Assembly (NCBI GenBank): GCA_017622925.1
Contig: JAGAQC010000005.1
Span: forward strand, 269 to 64,268
DNA: 64,000 nucleotides
Source: Ruminococcus sp.
GTDB taxonomy: Bacteria > Bacillota > Clostridia > Oscillospirales > Ruminococcaceae
Direction: 5' to 3'
The notes beneath the pieces were generated by a model that had not been told where the DNA came from, did no database searches, and saw only the letters and a program-made list of their open reading frames with translations. This document shows positions 59,370-64,000 of this stretch, piece by piece (position 1 is the stretch's first letter; each line of letters begins with the position of its first letter). A program made the translations under genes and the position numbers.

Positions 59370-62300
59370 TCACGCCTCCTTTTTCGTAATGTAGAACGCT
59401 TCGATCTCAGCCTGTTCGCTGCTCATGCCCTTTTCCTCCAAGGCAACAACGGTACTCTGTATCTTGGCATAGTCATGAGGAAGTATTTTCTTAAAGCTTC
59501 CGATATATCCTGCGAAGTTGTCAAGAATTTTTTTCGCTTTTTCCGAACCTGTTGCGTCGAAATGCTCCTGAATAATATTTTTAAGCTCCATTATGTCATA
59601 CTTATTTGTTACCGATTCAAGGGAAACAAGCGACTTGTTTATCTTCATGTAAAGATCTCTGTCCTCGTCGAGAACATATGCAATGCCGCCCGACATACCT
59701 GCGGCAAAGTTTTTGCCCGTTCTGCCGAGAATAACCGCACGTCCGCCTGTCATATATTCGCAGCCGTGATCGCCGCAGCCCTCGCATACGGCAGACGCTC
59801 CCGAGTTCCTTACGCAGAACCGTTCGCCGGCAATACCGTTGATAAACGCCTTTCCGCTTGTTGCGCCGTAGAGAGCAACGTTTCCTGCAATAATATTTTC
59901 TTCCGCTTTGAATCCCGAGCCTTTCGGCGGATAAAGTATAAGCTTGCCGCCCGAAAGTCCCTTTCCGAAGTAATCGTTGCTGTCTCCGATAAGCTCCAAA
60001 GTCAGACCTTTCGGTATGAATGCGCCGAAGCTCTGTCCTCCGCTGCCGAGACATCTTACCGTGAAGGTATCGTCGTCAAGGGCGCTGTCTCCCCACTTTT
60101 TGGTGATCTCAGAGCCGAACAGCGTACCAAAAGCACGGTCGGTGTTTTTTACCTTTATCTCAATTGTTTTCTTGGTCTTGTTTTTGAGAGCAGACCCGAG
60201 TTTCTTCATAATGACAGTTTCATCGACTGTCTTTTCAAGCTCAAAGTCGTAAATATCCTCCTGCTTGAAGTACTGACCGCTGCCGTTGTTCTCAACAGCT
60301 CCGCAAAGTATCTCGGAAAAATCAATATTGCCCTTTTCCGACTTTTTATAAAGAAGATCGGTGCGTCCGATAAGCTCGTTGACCGTTCGTATGCCGAGTT
60401 TAGCCATGTACTCACGAAGCTCCTGCGCAATAAAGTGCATGAAGTTGATGATATACTCGGGCTTGCCCTTGAAACGCTTTCTAAGCTCGGGATTCTGCGT
60501 TGCAATACCCATTGGGCATGTATCAAGGTTGCAGACTCTCATCATTACGCAGCCCATAGTTACAAGCGGAGCTGTTGCAAAACCGTATTCCTCCGCGCCC
60601 AAAAGAGCCGCAACAAGCACGTCCCTGCCTGTCATGAGTTTTCCGTCGGTTTCGATCATTACTCTTGTGCGGAGTCCGTTCATCATAAGCGACTGGTGAG
60701 CTTCCGCAAGACCTATTTCCCATGGAAGTCCTGCGTTATAAATGGAACTTCTCGGAGCTGCGCCCGTGCCGCCGTCATAGCCCGATATAAGTATTACCTG
60801 CGCGCCCGCCTTTGCAACGCCTGCTGCAACAGTTCCGACGCCTGCTTCCGAAACAAGCTTTACGGAAATTCTTGCGTCCTTGTTGGAATTTTTCAAGTCG
60901 TATATAAGCTGAGCCAGATCCTCGATAGAATATATGTCATGATGCGGAGGAGGTGAAATAAGTCCCACGCCTGCCGTAGAATGACGTGTTTTTGCTATCC
61001 ACGGATAAACCTTGCCGCCGGGAAGATGCCCTCCCTCGCCGGGTTTAGCTCCCTGCGCCATTTTTATCTGAATTTCTTTTGCGGAAACAAGGTATTCCGA
61101 CGTAACTCCGAATCTGCCCGAAGCCACCTGCTTGATAGCCGAGCATCGGTCGGACTTTAATCTCTCGGGTGACTCTCCGCCCTCGCCTGAGTTGGACTTT
61201 CCGCCGAGCTTGTTCATAGCGACAGCCATGCACTCGTGAGCCTCCTGAGAGATCGAACCGTAGCTCATCGCGCCCGTTTTGAAGCGGCGGCAGATGCTTT
61301 CAACGGATTCAACCTCGTCTATGGGAATTCCACCGTTTTCGTCAAATTTAAAATCAAGGAGACTTCTCAATGTAAGCTCGTTGTCCTCACGGTTTACAGC
61401 GGCGGAATACTCTTTGAACGTATCATAATTTCCTGTACGCGCAGCCTCCTGAAGAAGGTGGATAGTCTCGGGAGTATAAAGGTGATCGGACTTGCCCGAA
61501 CGGAGCTTATGACTGCCGAAGCTTTCAAGCTCTCTGCTCACATTCAGACCGAGGGGATCAAAAGCCGCATTATGAAGCTTTTCGGTACGTCTGCTTATAT
61601 CGTCAAGAGTAATTCCTCCGATACGACTTACCGTTCCCCTGAAATATTTATTCGTTACGTCCTCTGAAATTCCAACGGCTTCAAAAAGCTTTGAACCCTG
61701 ATACGACTGTATCGTGGAAATGCCCATTTTTGAAGCGATCTTTACGATACCGTGGAGGACTGCGCTGTTATAGTCGGCTTCGGCTGCGTAGAAATCCTTG
61801 TCGAGCATACCAGTATCAATCAGATCGCGGATAGTTGCCTGCGCAAGATAGGGATTTACCGCACATGCGCCGTAACCGAGAAGCGCGGCAAAATGGTGGA
61901 CTTCTCTCGGCTCTGCGCTTTCAAGTATTATAGCCACGGCTGTACGCTTTTTCGTTGAAACAAGATGCTGCTGGAGAGCTGCGACCGCTAACAGCGATGG
62001 GATAGCCGCACGGTATTCGTCAACGTCCCTGTCCGAAAGTATCAGTATATTCGCGCCCTCGCGGTAAGCCTTGTCAGCCTCGATGAAAAGGCGTTCGATA
62101 GCGCGTTCGAGGGACGTACCTATATAATAGGTTATCGGTATCACCGCAGTTTTCAGACCGTCCACATTCATGCTCTTGATCTTCAGCATATCGGTGCTGG
62201 TCAGGATAGGATTTTCAACTTTAAGAACATGGCAATTCTCGGGCTTTTCTTCGAGTATATTGCCGTCCTCGCCGATATATGTGCTTGTATCGGTAACTAT

Positions 62301-63914
62301 CTCCTCTCGGATAGCGTCAAAAGGCGGATTCGTCACCTGCGCAAAAAGCTGACGGAAGTAATTGAACAGCGGCGGATCATCGCTGTCAAGAGGAGGTATC
62401 GGTATATCCGAACCCATAGACGCAATAGGCTCTGCTCCGTTTTCTGCCATAGGAAGAATACTTGTGCGTATGTCCTCATAGCTGTAGCCGAACGCCTTTT
62501 GAAGCTTTTCAAGCTCCTCATGAGTGTAGTTCTGTACGCCTTTGTTGGGTATATGCAGTTCGTTGAGCTTTACAAGGTTGCTGTCAAGCCATTCACCGTA
62601 GGGACGGCGTGAAGCATAGAAAGACTTTATCTCGTCATCGTCGATAAGACGCTTTTGCTTAGTGTCCGCAAGCAACATTTTTCCGGGACGAAGTCTGTCC
62701 TTTTTGATTATCATTTCAGGCGGAACATCTATACAGCCCGTTTCCGAAGAAAGAATAAGAAATCCGTCGGCAGTCAGGCAGTATCTCGAAGGACGCAGAC
62801 CGTTTCTGTCAAGAACCGCACCCATAACGTCGCCGTCCGAAAAGAGGATAGAAGCAGGACCGTCCCAAGGTTCCATCATTGTGGCGTAATATTGATAAAA
62901 ATCGTATTTATCCTGAGAAATGGTACGATTGTTTTTCCAAGGCTCGGGAATGGTTATCATAACCGCAAGAGGGAGAGGCATTCCCGACATTACCATAAAT
63001 TCAAGGGCATTGTCAAGTCTTGCGGAGTCCGAACCGTCTGCGTTTATTGCAGGCAGTATCTTGCTCATATCGTCGCCGAATGCCTCGCAGTGAACGGTTT
63101 CCTCACGGGCAAGCATTTTATCGGCGTTGCCTGTGATAGTATTTATCTCGCCGTTATGGACTATCAGCCTGTTAGGGTGCGCTTTCTGCCAGCTCGGCTG
63201 AGTATTGGTGGAAAAACGGCTGTGAACCATTGCAATTGCAGAAACAAAGTTCTCGTCTTGCAGATCAATGTAGAACTTTCTCAGCTCGTCAACCAAAAAC
63301 ATACCTTTATATACTATTGTACGGCTTGAAAGAGAGCATACATAGGTGTTCTCGTTTGCCTGCTCAAAAACGCGCCTTGCAACGTAAAGCTTACGGTCAA
63401 AATCAAGTCCCTTTTGACAGCCGTTCGGACGCTTAACAAATCCCTGCATAATAAACGGCATACTGTCAACCGCTTTCTGACCGAGTACGGACGGGTCGGA
63501 AGGAACGTTACGCCAACCGATGAACTCCATGCCCTGTTTTTTCAGGATTATCTCGAACATCTTCTTAGCCTGATTGCGTTTCAGCTCGCTTTGAGGAAAG
63601 AAGAACATACCAACTCCGAAGTCCCCTGCGCCGCCGATGTCAAAGCCGAGTTTTTCGGTCTGAGCTTTAAAGAAATCGTAAGGTATCTGTGAAAGTATTC
63701 CTACGCCGTCGCCTGTTTTGCCCTCGGCGTCCTTGCCTGCACGGTGTTCAAGCTTTTCAACGATAGTGAGGGCGTCCTCAACTACTCTGCGTGACTTTTC
63801 GCCGCCGATATTGACTACCGCGCCTATTCCGCAGTTTTCATGCTCGAACTGCGGTCGGTAAAGTCCCTGTCTCTGAAATGGAGCTTCGTTTCTGAAATCG
63901 TCCATTAGGTTCAC
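59370..63914 (-). CDS. gltB: Glutamate synthase large subunit
   Basis: ENCGIG, HSRFSTNT, HNGEIN, EPWDGPA, AQGAKPGEGG, GDHGCEYMTGG. Confidence 0.98.
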   Translation of the reverse strand: MNLMDDFRNEAPFQRQGLYRPQFEHENCGIGAVVNIGGEKSRRVVEDALTIVEKLEHRAGKDAEGKTGDGVGILSQIPYDFFKAQTEKLGFDIGGAGDFGVGMFFFPQSELKRNQAKKMFEIILKKQGMEFIGWRNVPSDPSVLGQKAVDSMPFIMQGFVKRPNGCQKGLDFDRKLYVARRVFEQANENTYVCSLSSRTIVYKGMFLVDELRKFYIDLQDENFVSAIAMVHSRFSTNTQPSWQKAHPNRLIVHNGEINTITGNADKMLAREETVHCEAFGDDMSKILPAINADGSDSARLDNALEFMVMSGMPLPLAVMITIPEPWKNNRTISQDKYDFYQYYATMMEPWDGPASILFSDGDVMGAVLDRNGLRPSRYCLTADGFLILSSETGCIDVPPEMIIKKDRLRPGKMLLADTKQKRLIDDDEIKSFYASRRPYGEWLDSNLVKLNELHIPNKGVQNYTHEELEKLQKAFGYSYEDIRTSILPMAENGAEPIASMGSDIPIPPLDSDDPPLFNYFRQLFAQVTNPPFDAIREEIVTDTSTYIGEDGNILEEKPENCHVLKVENPILTSTDMLKIKSMNVDGLKTAVIPITYYIGTSLERAIERLFIEADKAYREGANILILSDRDVDEYRAAIPSLLAVAALQQHLVSTKKRTAVAIILESAEPREVHHFAALLGYGACAVNPYLAQATIRDLIDTGMLDKDFYAAEADYNSAVLHGIVKIASKMGISTIQSYQGSKLFEAVGISEDVTNKYFRGTVSRIGGITLDDISRRTEKLHNAAFDPLGLNVSRELESFGSHKLRSGKSDHLYTPETIHLLQEAARTGNYDTFKEYSAAVNREDNELTLRSLLDFKFDENGGIPIDEVESVESICRRFKTGAMSYGSISQEAHECMAVAMNKLGGKSNSGEGGESPERLKSDRCSAIKQVASGRFGVTSEYLVSAKEIQIKMAQGAKPGEGGHLPGGKVYPWIAKTRHSTAGVGLISPPPHHDIYSIEDLAQLIYDLKNSNKDARISVKLVSEAGVGTVAAGVAKAGAQVILISGYDGGTGAAPRSSIYNAGLPWEIGLAEAHQSLMMNGLRTRVMIETDGKLMTGRDVLVAALLGAEEYGFATAPLVTMGCVMMRVCNLDTCPMGIATQNPELRKRFKGKPEYIINFMHFIAQELREYMAKLGIRTVNELIGRTDLLYKKSEKGNIDFSEILCGAVENNGSGQYFKQEDIYDFELEKTVDETVIMKKLGSALKNKTKKTIEIKVKNTDRAFGTLFGSEITKKWGDSALDDDTFTVRCLGSGGQSFGAFIPKGLTLELIGDSNDYFGKGLSGGKLILYPPKGSGFKAEENIIAGNVALYGATSGKAFINGIAGERFCVRNSGASAVCEGCGDHGCEYMTGGRAVILGRTGKNFAAGMSGGIAYVLDEDRDLYMKINKSLVSLESVTNKYDIMELKNIIQEHFDATGSEKAKKILDNFAGYIGSFKKILPHDYAKIQSTVVALEEKGMSSEQAEIEAFYITKKEA

Positions 63915-63971
63915 GACCTTTCGTTATTATTGTTTTTATCCATATAAATATTCTCCCCGAATGATCGGATA

Positions 63972-63985
63972 CAGCCCCATTGCTG
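63972..63985 (-). promoter_or_regulatory. ANTAR-binding RNA hairpin upstream of gltB
   Basis: Minus strand CAGC-AATGGG-GCTG: short stem with a hexaloop having A1 and G4. Confidence 0.65.
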
Positions 63986-64000
63986 AACCGTATACGGACT

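Noticed and set aside
59274-60956. 560-aa plus-strand ORF (also 16548-17612, 54637-55422 and similar)
   Set aside because: Antisense shadows of gltB, secA and purF, with no RBS or recognisable motifs.

Overview
64-kb chromosomal segment of a cellulosome-producing Ruminococcus-like Firmicute (two dockerin-bearing CAZymes, Ruminococcus-type pilin motif). Mostly core metabolism: a lysine-riboswitch-controlled asd-GNAT-dapA-dapB-ddh operon, queA and tgt, a secA-hslO-hflX cluster, T-box-controlled asnS-asnA, and a gltB-gltD-glnA-like-ANTAR-purF-asnB nitrogen cluster. Highlights: (1) an unannotated ~600-nt ORF-free minus-strand transcription unit (27599-28197) with its own promoter and terminator and many nested helices, probably a large ornate ncRNA (ROOL-like); (2) a glutamine synthetase homologue with a degenerate active site next to a non-phosphorylatable ANTAR antiterminator, with an ANTAR hairpin upstream of gltB; (3) three related ~160-bp palindromic MITE-like families sharing a core hairpin, one copy inserted in frame in the signal peptide of a GH43 enzyme; (4) an (AT)5-frameshifted anti-sigma-like gene behind an XRE-sigma4 chimera; (5) a leader-peptide attenuator before an MFS efflux gene; (6) tandem lipoproteins with variable C-termini near a SUFU-domain gene. 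No tRNA, rRNA, CRISPR array or intact transposase was seen. All family assignments are from motif recognition by eye, not database searches.
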